The notes below the pieces were generated by a model. It was not told the origin of the DNA. It did not search any database and saw only the letters and a list, made by a program, of their open reading frames with translations. From NCBI GenBank assembly GCA_964016885.1, contig OZ024742.1, forward strand, positions 120,032,001-120,096,000: a stretch of DNA of 64,000 nucleotides, read 5' to 3'. The DNA is from Eledone cirrhosa (Eukaryota). Positions 12,650 to 23,526 of this stretch are shown in pieces. A program made the position numbers and the translations under genes. Numbering within the stretch: position 1 is the stretch's first letter; each line of letters opens with the position of its first letter.

Positions 12650-12819
12650 CTCTTTCACTGGCATCATCTACCATGATAACTTCTTCCAGTAATTCTGGGG
12701 GAGATCTGTTGATGATACTATGTACAGTCCGTAGTAGTGTAGACCAAGCTTCATTATGAAACACTATAACTATACTTGTTTTTAGATATTTTTCTATGTG
12801 GTACGTTTTTTTCTTGCAC
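12650..12819 (-). CDS. GALNT1: Polypeptide N-acetylgalactosaminyltransferase (GALNT1/13-like, CAZy GT27), internal exon, start of catalytic GT-A domain
   Basis: Structure is ttgttag|G TGC...GAA AGA G|gtaaag, 170 nt, phase 2 to phase 1. It encodes [56 protein letters not shown], containing the hallmark ppGalNAc-T motif [17 protein letters not shown]...VDDAS. It joins in frame (GG|G = Gly) to exon 27786-27951. Confidence 0.95.
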
Positions 12820-13819
12820 CTAACAAAATATATGAATATATAGAATAAAAATAAACATTTTCATGTCATGTAATATCAGAAAAACAAAAACATTTTTTTA
12901 TATTTAAAGCATTAACATTCACTTCAATCTCTAATTATTTTTAGTAGCGTTTCTTGATGATCAAGATAAAATAAAACAGAGGATGTTATTTAAGGTTGAA
13001 GAGTTGCAACTAGCCAAATCAAGTTGGTGTTGATCTATTGACTGAAGATTACCCAGGTCTGTATCCACTGAAGAGCACTGAGCTGTATCACCAAATGACA
13101 TTCAACTATTACTGGGTCAGTCCACCTAACTGTAAATAATACCAGATTCACTGAGAACACTGCATAACTAATGTCAGATCTACTGAGCTGCAGTGATTAG
13201 CTCAAATCTTTACATTGGTATGTATAACTCTAATGGCTGACACTAATGAAGTTAATAGAGTTAATTATTGATTGATGAATGTATTAAATTAGGAAAGTTA
13301 ACTTCTAATTTATCATACTTGCATAAACTACATCAATTTTGATTTAATACTAATTCTTTTTTAGTTCTGTTTCAGTGAAAGTAATTAAACATTTATTCTT
13401 TAAAATTGTTGTCCATACATTTTTTTCATCAAGTATAGGCAAGAAATTTATTGCAAATTTAAATATTTTCATAGCATTTATAGGAGCAAAAAGTAAACTT
13501 CGCAAAGACCAAAAGTTTTGTAAGTAGAAAAGACAGGATTTCAGTTCTATCAGGGAAGTGGCCATGCTCAAGATATAGAAAAGAAGGCAGGATTTCTATA
13601 TGATGTACACAATATAAAAGATAGGTACTGTGATTGTAGGCAGACAAACGAAAAAGTAGATTTTGTATGTAGGATATTCATAGGGGTAGTTATTAGTAAG
13701 AACTCCAGTGTAATAAACTTTCTTTGAACCTAGGAGAGCTCCATAGAAGTAGTTGATAGCTTCTATTACCTATGTAACCTAATTAGTAGTTGAGGAGATT
13801 GGTCTGCAAGTATAGTAGC

Positions 13820-14325
13820 TAGTGTAAGAACAGGATGGAAAAACTTCAGTGACCTACTACCTCTGTTGACAAAAGGTTTCTCTCTACAAACGAAAGGCTG
13901 GCTGTATGATACCTGTGTGCGATGTGTGATGTCGTATGGAAGTGAAACGGCCAGAAAATGAAGAGAACATGCTTCATTGAATGTGTGATGTTAATATGCA
14001 TCAATGGCAAAGCATGGATGGACTGAGAGAACTGGGTACAAGTAGAATCAAATATAGTATGCAAGAGAAAAAGCTGCACTAATAGAGACATGTGATGTAT
14101 GGGTGATGGTTGTTAGGTGAAGAGGTGCCAGGAATTCCCAGTGGATGGAAGTTATAGTGCATAAAAATGAAAGATCTAAGCAAAAGTAGATAGTGTGGAA
14201 CTCAAAAGGCTGAACCTCTCAGAAGAGATTTTAAAAGAACACAGTAGGTGGAGGGAAGCTGTGCCGGGAAAGACTCATCCAACCAATGCAATCATGGAAA
14301 AGTTGACTCAAAAGGATGCTGCTGA
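13820..14325 (+). mobile_element. Decayed RTE 3' fragment (same lineage as 8738-9572)
   Basis: AAGAACAGGATGGAAAAACTTCAG..CTACTACCTCTGTTGACAAAAGG..AAAGGCTGGCTGTATGAT..ATGGAAGTGAAAC, and a 3' end CATCCAACCAATGCAATCATGGAAAAG. Confidence 0.7.
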
Positions 14326-14629
14326 TGAATTCCACTCCTCTTACCACTATTGAAACTGGTGTAAAGTGAAATTGTTATACCTATTTACAGCTACGCAGAC
14401 TGAGATTAATAGAGAAAATAGTGCAACAAAATGAGTATATAATATTTTTAATTCATATGGTCACAACTATTATTCCAATAAATTCAGAGCTACTGATACA
14501 TTTATGAACTAAGATGTTGCCTGTTACATGACAGGAATATACTTTTGTCATTGTCAGTAATATTAAGTAATTTTAACTGTGTGTATCCAATTTAGAATAG
14601 ATACACCATATCACTGGATGTCATAAGAA

Positions 14630-14738
14630 GTGACTAAAAGGGTTAGTGTCAGAAAGTGCATCCAGCTGTAAAATAGCACCTCAAAAGATACCATTCAACC
14701 TATGCCAGCATGGAAAAGTTGACACGATGATGATGATA
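14630..14738 (+). mobile_element. SINE 3' part with RTE-type (GAT)n tail
   Basis: GCATCCAGCTGTAAAA...CAACCTATGCCAGCATGGAAAAGTTGAC..GATGATGATG. Confidence 0.6.
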
Positions 14739-14754
14739 TTACATAGGTACAACC

Positions 14755-15090
14755 ATCATCTTTCTTATGTCTGCTTTATCATGGGTTATACAGATCTTTT
14801 CCAAGATAGTTTCCCTCCACACATTGTCTTCCTTTGTCATTTCTTCTGTTAGATTCAGTGTTTTGAGATTCATCTTCACCACTTCTGTTCAGATTTTCCT
14901 TGACCTCTCTCTCTCTCTTTATGGCAGTTTCCTTTCAGTGTGAGCTCTGAGCACTTCTTCACCCATATGCATTACATGTCTATACCAGTGCAGCCTTCTC
15001 TCTTGAACACATTTGATTCCTCTTATACTCAATTTCTCTCTCAATTCATCCTTACTTCATCATTCCGGTACATTAATATAATACATCCAT
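14755..15090 (-). mobile_element. Decayed RTE 3' fragment
   Basis: CATCATC tail, then CACATTGTCTTCCTTTGTCATTTC..CACCACTTC..ACATGTCTATACCAGTGCAGCCTTCTCTCTTG, the reverse of the RTE ERRLRWYGHV region. Confidence 0.6.
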
Positions 15091-15128
15091 TATCCCTGCA
15101 TTTACTGCCATTAATTTCACACAATAAT

Positions 15129-15312
15129 GGCGGTGGATTGGCAGTATCGGTAGAGGGTCGGACGCCATGCTTTCCAGCATAGTTACGTCCCTTTACGATC
15201 TGAGTTCAAATCCCGCCGAGGTTGACTTTGCCTTTCATCCTTACGGGGTCGATAAAATAAAGTACCAGTAATGCACTGGGTAATTGCTGGCCTTGTGCCA
15301 AAAGTAGAAACA
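15129..15312 (+). mobile_element. Full-length SINE family A with 19-bp TSD
   Basis: Flanked by perfect ATTAATTTCACACAATAAT at 15110-15128 and 15313-15331. CpGs are retained and the B-box-like GAGTTCAAATCC is present. Confidence 0.9.
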
Positions 15313-15735
15313 ATTAATTTCACACAATAATTTCAACTTTTTCAAATTTCAGAGTAATTATATCAAATAATGAAATGAATACTAATTTTCAAAATGAAAA
15401 TATTTATCATATTAAAATATAATTAAATAAAACAAATTTCTCATTTGTATATTTGCATGAAATGTGTTTAACAATAGCAATAACTATCAATTAATTACAG
15501 ATATACTATGTAAATTAACTCTATATAATGTAATGTGACAATTTTAGGATGGCCAAACAACCAACAATGAATATTAACCTTGATATTTTAAAGTCTATTA
15601 GGAATGCACAGAAAAATATATATGGAATTGTATACATTTACATTTTCAAATATAATCTTAGCCTGAGGACATGACAAATGATAGTTTTATTGTTTTTGAA
15701 GACTGTTGAACAGTTATTAAAAACAGCATTTGTAT

Positions 15736-15957
15736 TTAACCCTTTCATTACCATATTTCTAAAGTAAAACAGTCTATGGTTTTCAAATAATTTTTTAAAT
15801 AATTGGGAGAGATATAGTAAAATAGCTAACTTTCATTATTAAAAGTTCTTAAATAAAATTATGATAAGGTTTTAGATAAATATAAACACCTTAAATTTAA
15901 CAGCTTTGTATCACAGAATCAAGGGTAGTTTCAAGTCATTTGGTATCATAAGGTTCA
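15736..15957. mobile_element. MITE family P2 copy
   Basis: TTAA-CCCTTTCATTACCATATTTCT ... TGGTATCATAAGGTT. Confidence 0.6.
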
Positions 15958-16267
15958 AAAAAGTAATATACTTACTCATTTAAAAACAGAAAATATCTAG
16001 TCAAAACTAAATGATGTTTTAGTACAAGAGCTTACAATCAATATAGAAATGAACTAGACAATTTTTTAGAGTATATAAACCAAGTATCACTCAGATAAAG
16101 AACCCATTTAGAACTATATGTATCCTCTACAACTTATAAATGTGGTTTTTGCAGGTCAATAGAAATCCGTTATTGTTTAGCCCATGGCATCTCTGATTAA
16201 ACAGACCTAAGATGAAAAGAGTTCAAGCTACGACCATCCTATCATTTTCTATATTTAGGACTAAAAA

Positions 16268-16533
16268 AGTCTTAAGCCATTTAAGGCTCATTAGGCCAGT
16301 GCTTTTCCCGGTTTCATGGCTTGAACCGACAGAGTACAAGATACCCCCCCCTGGACAGGACACCAATCCATCACAAGGTTAAAACCCCAGCTATTGTTGG
16401 TACTCATTTTCAGCTGAGTATACTGGAACAATTTGAAATGAAGTGTTTTGCTCAAGAACATAACACAGCCCAGGAACCACACTCACGACTTTATGATCGT
16501 AAGTCCAACACTTTTACACTAGGCCATGCACCT
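16268..16533 (-). mobile_element. CORE-like tRNA SINE
   Basis: Reverse complement of the 17020-17291 family: GGCCTAGTG..TTCTTGAGCAAAACACTT..CTCAGCTGAAAATGAGTACC..GATGGATTGGTGTCCTGTCCAGGGG..GAAACCGGGAAAAGCACTGGCC. Confidence 0.75.
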
Positions 16534-17019
16534 CTACGTATTATATTTAGGACTGCCTTGTCTAATTTGTCCTACCTTTTTAAAGATGACAGTGTACGAA
16601 TTGAGTGTTAAAATAGATGCTATTTCTAGCAAGTCGAACAACAATATAGAACCTCCTTTGATGGCTTTGTCGTAACAAGTGTAGGCCATAAATGTGAGAA
16701 AATTGCTTGGAAAACAAGAGCAGATGAACTCAGTCAAAATATCAGTAGGTGATCAGAAAATGTGACTAGTTTTGTTTGATGTATGAATTCAAACAGCATA
16801 CTCTGAGAATAATAACTTCAGCCAAGATTAAAAACTAGCCGGCATTCTGGCTGTATCATAATTCTTTTACACTATATCACTTTCTCACTTAGTGTCGGTT
16901 ACCGCATCCTCTTATTCTGGCAACTATACATATATGCATATATAGCAAACATATTTTCTCTCCTTCTCTCTGTATATAATATATATATATATATATATAC
17001 ACACACATATATTGCATAA

Positions 17020-17291
17020 GGTAGAAGGTGCATTGTCTAGTGGTAAGGTCTTAAGATCATAATGTAGTGGGTTCGATTCCTAGACTGGGTTGTGTGTTGT
17101 GTACTTGAGAAAAACACTTTGTTTCATGCTCTAGTATACTCAGCTAAAAATGAGTACCAGCAATAGCTGGGGGTTTAACCCTGCAATGGACTGGCATTCT
17201 GTCCAGGAGGGTTTCATGCACTATCACTTCACACCATGGAAATTGGGATAAGCACTGACCTGATGAGTCTCTGAGCTCATGACAGACTTTA
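17020..17291 (+). mobile_element. CORE-like tRNA SINE
   Basis: TCTAGTGGTAAG and GGGTTCGATTCC boxes, then CTTGAGAAAAACACTT..CTCAGCTAAAAATGAGTACC..AACCCTGCAATGGACTGGCATTCTGTCCAGG..GGGATAAGCACTGACCTGATGAG. Confidence 0.8.
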
Positions 17292-17325
17292 GACTATAGA
17301 TATTGTATATAGTTTCATATATGCC

Positions 17326-17327
<2 letters not shown>

Positions 17328-17402
<75 letters not shown>

Positions 17403-17433
17403 ATAAACCCATGCTAGCGTGGAAGATGGACGT

Positions 17434-17475
<42 letters not shown>
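17328..17475. repeat. (TA)n(GT)n followed by a short RTE-type tail with (GAT)n
   Basis: Read directly: AACCCATGCTAGCGTGGAAGATGGACG followed by (GAT)n. Confidence 0.9.
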
Positions 17476-17759
17476 ATTATCTATGATTGACAGCAGAAGC
17501 ACATGAGATAAAAAAGACCCCCAAAACCTTACATTACAAATAACACTTGACTGAAAGCCTTTATTGCTATTTTAGGATTTATTGATTAAACATTAATCAT
17601 AAGCACATTTGGGTTCATAATCCTTTATCTAACATGTTTTATTTATTTTGTTCTGATTAATAAATTGGTGAATTGAAGGTTGGAAAGATGGGAGTATATA
17701 CTGGATATTTACTATTTGGAGATACTAAATATGTACTTTCAGTTCAGGATGGAGTTCTG

Positions 17760-18077
17760 TTTTCTTGGGTTTCAAATAATCACCCCACCCCCTGCTTATT
17801 AATTTTTCAGATTTGTACCCCACTGCTCTTATTTTACCCCACCCAGCTTATTAAATTTTGCTAATCTATCTCTGGCAACAATTTTCTGTAGAGATTAGAA
17901 AACATATTATACATGACAAAAGGTATATTACAAGAAATTCCATATGTTATAAAATGAAAAGGATAGGTTGGGGTCTCAATATATAAACTAAATGACTAAT
18001 TCTGGTTTTTAAAAACATCAATGAAGACAACCTAGAAAAATCACCTACCCCACCATATTATTTGGGACCTGAGAGTA
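17760..18077. mobile_element. Possible non-autonomous Tc1/pogo-type DNA transposon remnant
   Basis: Right end TTATTTGGGACCTGAGAGTA, a degenerate left counterpart near 17760, and internal repeats CCCC..GCTTATTAA.TTT. Confidence 0.35.
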
Positions 18078-19677
18078 TGCCTCCATAAGCTGGAGATTTA
18101 GAACGTGTGTGTCTAAGAACTGAGGCATGGTAATGTGTGCTGAAATGCTAGGTTTTGTTGCTTTGTAAAAGTCTTCATATATTCTGATGTATAATTTCTG
18201 TTTTGTTCATCTGATGTATGTTGCCCAGTATTGGCAAGTTAATTTATAAATAATGTTAGTTTAAAGATATTGACCGGACACTGCCTGCTGATTTATTCTC
18301 TGATCTGACCGGATATTGGCTAAGATGGCAGGTTTCTTGTGAGTTCTTCTGGATGACAGGTACTGTTTTAGAGTATAACCATGTTATGTTATTCTGACAG
18401 GAAGATCAGACTTCCTTAGACAGCTTCTTCATCGATTTTCCATTGTTGTATTTGTGTTACTTTCTCACTTCTATTTTATTCTATCTCTCTCCTATTTCCT
18501 CTGCCTAGTATCTTTGCCATTACATTTACTGCTCTACACCTGTTTAACATGAGGTGATGTGTATTTGTCTGCCCCCTGTGGGGCACATTCATTTCACATG
18601 ATGCAGTTTGTAACCTCTAACAGACAGCATTTCTCTGGAATTTTCCCATACAGGTCTTGCTTGTACAGTCATATTGAAACTGGGTATACCTTGCACATGT
18701 TTGTGCATTGCTATACAGTATTTAAGGCTTTGTAAGCAAAGGGGATTTCGGATGACTAACAATATACCTGATCTTAAGAAATAGCAAAATCCCACTCACA
18801 AAAATTGAGTGGCTGCACACACAACAATTCAAGCTGTTCATTATACATGTAAGCAGTAGGCAATGTATAGAACTTCTCCACAAACTTCCTCGGAGGCAGT
18901 AGCAGAAAGCTGAAAGCATGTGCTAAGTAAATATACCAACATCAGAAGCAACACACTCGATAAAACAACACACCAAGAGAGGACACAAAATTGCAGTAAA
19001 TTTTCTATCAATGGTATTTTCGCTTGTTCTGCACTACAAACATGTTCTTCATGTACAAAAACACATGGAAGTACAAATCTAGTACCTCTGAACAATAAGA
19101 TATTTTTGTTAAACTCACTATATTGCTCATTTGTAATTATATATTCTTACATTCTTTGCAAATTATCTCCTGTTTTAATGTTTGAATTATTTCTATGTGT
19201 GTTATTCGCTTTTGAATTTATATTAAGAGCTTGAAATTTTTTCTTTGAGCTTCCTTTGCCAGCGATATGACACATATCTGTAATTTTCTCAGGCATGACA
19301 TCTTTATCCATTTTAGTAATATATATTTGCTCCTGAATAGTATTTTAGTAGAGCTTTTTATTGTTGAATGGTTTTTTGGCTGCTATTTCTAACTATCAAC
19401 ATACATATTCATGTCGAATGGACAAGACTGAGATGCAGTAGTTTTTTTCGAAACTCCATGTGCATTTCAGCCAATCCTCAGATTTGTTTTAGAGGTGTAA
19501 GTTCATATGGTTGCTTCTCTCTCACCGATGTTCCTAATTAACAATTGAATTTAACCATTTCAAAGGTGAAACATGGTTCTGTAACCATAAAATAATTATG
19601 TACGAGATAGCAAAATAGTTATTTAATGTCTGGTATGCTCCATTTGATATTTTTGTTAAATTTCACTATACTGCTCA

Positions 19678-19975
19678 TTGGTACCATGGCAAAAAATGCT
19701 CTGTCCACACCGTAAACTGGCCATGTTGGTGACATGATAAAAAGCACGCTGTCCACACTGTAAAGTGGTCATTTTTGTGTCACAATAAAAAGCACCAAAT
19801 CCACACTGTACATGTGGTTGGCATTAGAAAAGACATCCACCCATAGAAACTAAGCCAGAAACAGTTCTGTATGAGCAAGACACAGTCATCTGATCTGATG
19901 TGTCACACAACCAAACAACTCGTCTAACCCATGCTAGCGTGGAAAAAAATGGGCGTTAAATGGTGATGATGATGA
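19678..19975 (+). mobile_element. SINE with internal ~50-bp triplication and RTE-type (GAT)n tail
   Basis: Three copies of AAAAAGCAC..TCCACACTGTAAAGTGG, then GGTTGGCATTAGAAAAGACATCCA..AACCCATGCTAGCGTGGAAAA..CGTTAAATGGTGATGATG. Related minus-strand copies lie at ~22100-22440, 36945-37130 and 37685-37870. Confidence 0.7.
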
Positions 19976-21059
19976 GATAGACACACATATTTATTTTATA
20001 CACCTCTCTCAATGTTTTTTTGTGAGAAATCTAGCTTACTAGTTATAAGATCATGATTAAAGTGGGAAAATATAAAAACACACTGAGTATAATACTTGAT
20101 GGAAAGCCAGAATTAATTATGTTAGCAATCCAAACAATTAAGAACACATTTAGTGGATAGAGTAGATCTTTCAATTATTGGCAAGAGAAAGATTTACAAA
20201 TGCAAAGTATGCAGTTGTAGACACTTTAGTGTGAAGGATACATAGATACATATGTATACATATGTGTGAGTGTGTTTATGTGCAGCCAAGTGTATGCATG
20301 CACAGGAAACTCAAACAGAAAACAAAACTATTATGAAATATATCTAGAAACCCAGAGGCAATTTCTCAGAATATTTGATCTCCAACACAGAACATACTAC
20401 AAATATTGATCAAAGCAATCACCGGGTGATTCAACGATGGCTATTATGTACACTTGAAACTAACATTATATGTCTTGTATACACCTGTGATAAGTATTAA
20501 CATGATAAAACTAAACCCATTATAAGGTTAAAGGAGAGTTTGATGTTTTAAAGTCTCTAGTTAGAAGTCACATATTTACTGAATGGATCCTTACTTTACT
20601 TATCCATCAACAATAATATAATGTGAGAGTAGAGACAGGAGATAATGAAAATTTTCATTTTTGTATAATAATCCTATAAACTTGGTATTTTTATGTTCAT
20701 CATAAATCCTTAAGTTGTAAATTACAGCATCAAAAGCTAAACAGTCAGGCATACAAATACTCACTAGAATATTAGCACATACTAGAACTATTATATAGTA
20801 TTTGTCAACAAACCATAGAGCAAATAGTGAATAAACATCACTTCAAGATATAAGGGCAACATTAATGTACTGTTGTAAGTAGTTGTAAAACATATTTAAA
20901 ATCTGATAATTATATTCTGACATGAAGACATGTTCTATCAAGAAATCGTTTAAACCTTTTGGGATTAAATGACCTAAAACCACTCCTAGTTTTATAATAC
21001 AAAACTGCTTGTTTTAAAGTATTTATACACAACAACAAGTATTTTTATGCAACATATAT

Positions 21060-22085
21060 ATATGACCATGTCAATACTTCTACTTGGAGTTGTTTATTGC
21101 CCCCCAAATTACCATCAAGACACACAGCTTTTTGATATCCTTAGAGCTGCTGCCAGGAAAACCGCCACTTATGTTTTCATTGCAGGCAACTTCAATTACC
21201 CTGAGATTGATTGGGAAACCTTTTGTTGGCCGTAAGGTGTAAATGATTTCCTTGAACTAGTGCTGGATTTGAACTGGTCCCAAGTAGTCACCTCCCTCAC
21301 AAGAGGTAACAACATACTGGATCTGCTCTTTACCACTACTCCTGAAACGGTTATTAGTGTTACTACTGAGGAACCTTCAGGTGACTCTAATCATTGCCAA
21401 TTTGTTTCTTATGGGTAGTAACAAAAACTACAACCATCTTGAAACTGCTAGCTTTACTGGAATAAAGAAGACTGCACAACACCCAGCCTGGCTTGAATTT
21501 TATGGCTCTGGAGATATGAATACTATACTTCAGAACATCCTGAATTCAATATGGACAGCATGTGCAGCATCAGTACCATGTAAGCACAAAAAACATCACC
21601 AAAGTGTAATTTGGGAGACTGCAGCAGTTCAACTTATCAGGAAAGAACGTTGTGAAGCTGAATGGGAATACAGACTACATAGATCAGAGGTTAATAGAAA
21701 AAAGCGCAATAAATCATCTAACCATCTCAAGCAGGTGACAAAAAATGCAGTGTTTGAATCGGAACAGCGTATAGCAACCAACTCCGACAGTAAAGTATGT
21801 ACATTCAAAACAGACCTCGCTCTCCAATTGGTCCTCTTCATAATCCCCACAGGCTGGATTACTGACAATCCCAAAGAATGCACAGAACTAATGGCTAAAT
21901 GCTATTGCAGGCATTTTTACAGTTGGAAACCAAAACGTACCATCTCCACCACTTTTGACACCAAATTCTATAGCAACTATGAAATTTACATTCGCAATGC
22001 TGTGATGCCACCTCAAGAATAAGCATAACTATGCTTCTCCTGGTCCTGATGGTGTTACATACCTGCTTCTCAAACGTACAGGTTA
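21060..22085 (+). mobile_element. CR1/Jockey-group LINE ORF2 fragment (APE endonuclease to start of RT), decayed
   Basis: LGVVYCPP..IAGNFNYPEIDW..QVV...TRGNNILDLL..SGDSNH endonuclease motifs and ASPGPDG at ~22033. Stops and frameshifts are present. Confidence 0.8.
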
Positions 22086-22561
22086 CTTTCTTCTGCACAA
22101 GTTTCCATTCTTCTATGGTTGGATGCACTTTCTAATTCCAATTATTACAGAATGTACTGGGTGCATTTTATCATGACACCTGTGTTAGAGTGGTCATCAT
22201 GTATTTGACAAGGCTGAAAAGTCCTCTCTACCTTTTTTGGAACCATTTCCAAGGATAGATTTCCTTCCTAATATCAATTCCATTACAGGTTTTAGAGGGT
22301 GCATTTCATCATGACTAGAGAGGTTGTCATCTTAATGAGGCTGAAGAATCAACTCTATCCTATGTTTTTACCATTTGAACACCAACCACTTTATACAGTG
22401 TACTGAGTGCCTTTTATAGTGGCACCCTCACAGGAAATGCTGGCCTCACATTAGCCCCTACATCATCCCGTTCCCACCCTGAATTCTTTCCATGCACATG
22501 TATTTTCTGTATTTATTTCCTTGTAACTGTTTAAGAGGAATGTTAACCACATTAATCGCAC

Positions 22562-22604
22562 TGATCACAAAGAGCCTATGACTGTCATAGGCTCTTTGTG
22601 ATCA
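22562..22604. repeat. Perfect 43-bp inverted repeat (21-bp arms, 1-nt spacer)
   Basis: TGATCACAAAGAGCCTATGAC-T-GTCATAGGCTCTTTGTGATCA. Confidence 0.95.
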
Positions 22605-22701
22605 AACAACAGAAGTGGTTGAAACACAAAGATTGTACTGTTATAGTTCTCTCAAAGAATAACTTCATGTGAGTGGGTAACAGTCAACAAACACAACCAT
22701 A

Positions 22702-22885
22702 GGTGCCGGCATGTCTATGTGGTTAAGAAGTTCGCTTTGCAGTCATGTGGTTTTGGTTTCAGTTCCACTCTAAAATAAGTACTGAACTAGTAAAAATATA
22801 TACTTGGGTTGATATATTAGACTTATTCCCTAGAAGGCAGTAAACCATTATGGTTGCAGTCTAATGACTGAAACGAGTAAAATAA
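22702..22885 (+). mobile_element. tRNA-head SINE (internally deleted)
   Basis: Head GGCATGTCTATGTGGTTAAGAAG..GGTTTCAGTTCCACT and tail GCAGTCTAATGACTGAAACGAGTAAAA. The same tail recurs at ~59264-59298. Confidence 0.6.
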
Positions 22886-23189
22886 TACATGCAATACAAT
22901 TTCTTCTTTATTGTTAATAGGAAACTGAAGTATGTACACCCTAATGTATAATGCTGTTTAAGGCAGAGCTGGACCTGCCTAGGCCAACACAATTGCTGCT
23001 CAATAGATGTCATGACTTGTACATATGGTTCCAGGTTTGGGGGACTGTTTGTCCTTATAAATAAATCTACTCCACCCCAAGAAATAAAGAAAGACTAATT
23101 ATGTCCACTCAAACTATAATTAAGCCTACTCAAACTAAATTTATGCTATTTTTTTGATCGTTGTTACTTAAAACAAATTAAATTCTGAC

Positions 23190-23400
23190 TTAATGAGGGA
23201 ACGTGTAGGTAGTCATACAACCTATTGAAAATAAACAGTCAAATCCTCCTTAAATTAACAAAAAGGAGACACATGACGTAATAGTCTTAGATAGACTATA
23301 CTCAAAAGGAAAGACGCATGGTAATTACTGAAATGCCTTTGATTATAAATCTGCTTGATAAAAGTTGTCCCGGGATTAAACAGTAACTACAACAACAATA
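23190..23400 (+). mobile_element. SINE 3' portion with (CAA)n tail
   Basis: GAAATGCCTTTGATTATAAATCTGCTTGAT..GGGATTAAACAG..CAACAACAA. A reverse-oriented relative lies at ~16168-16255. Confidence 0.55.
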
Positions 23401-23526
23401 TCAATGCTTTTAATTAACTAGGAAGAATGTTCTTAAATTATAAGTCAATAAAATCATTCCAGGTTCTCAATTCTTTTTATGAGTATGTATATAATTGATC
23501 AATAACACATGTTCCTCTCACATTAA

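Noticed and set aside
18500-19600. Several short ORFs suggesting a nested gene or transposase
   Set aside because: No recognisable motif, splice structure or terminal repeats. Possibly an old TE remnant, but unsupported.
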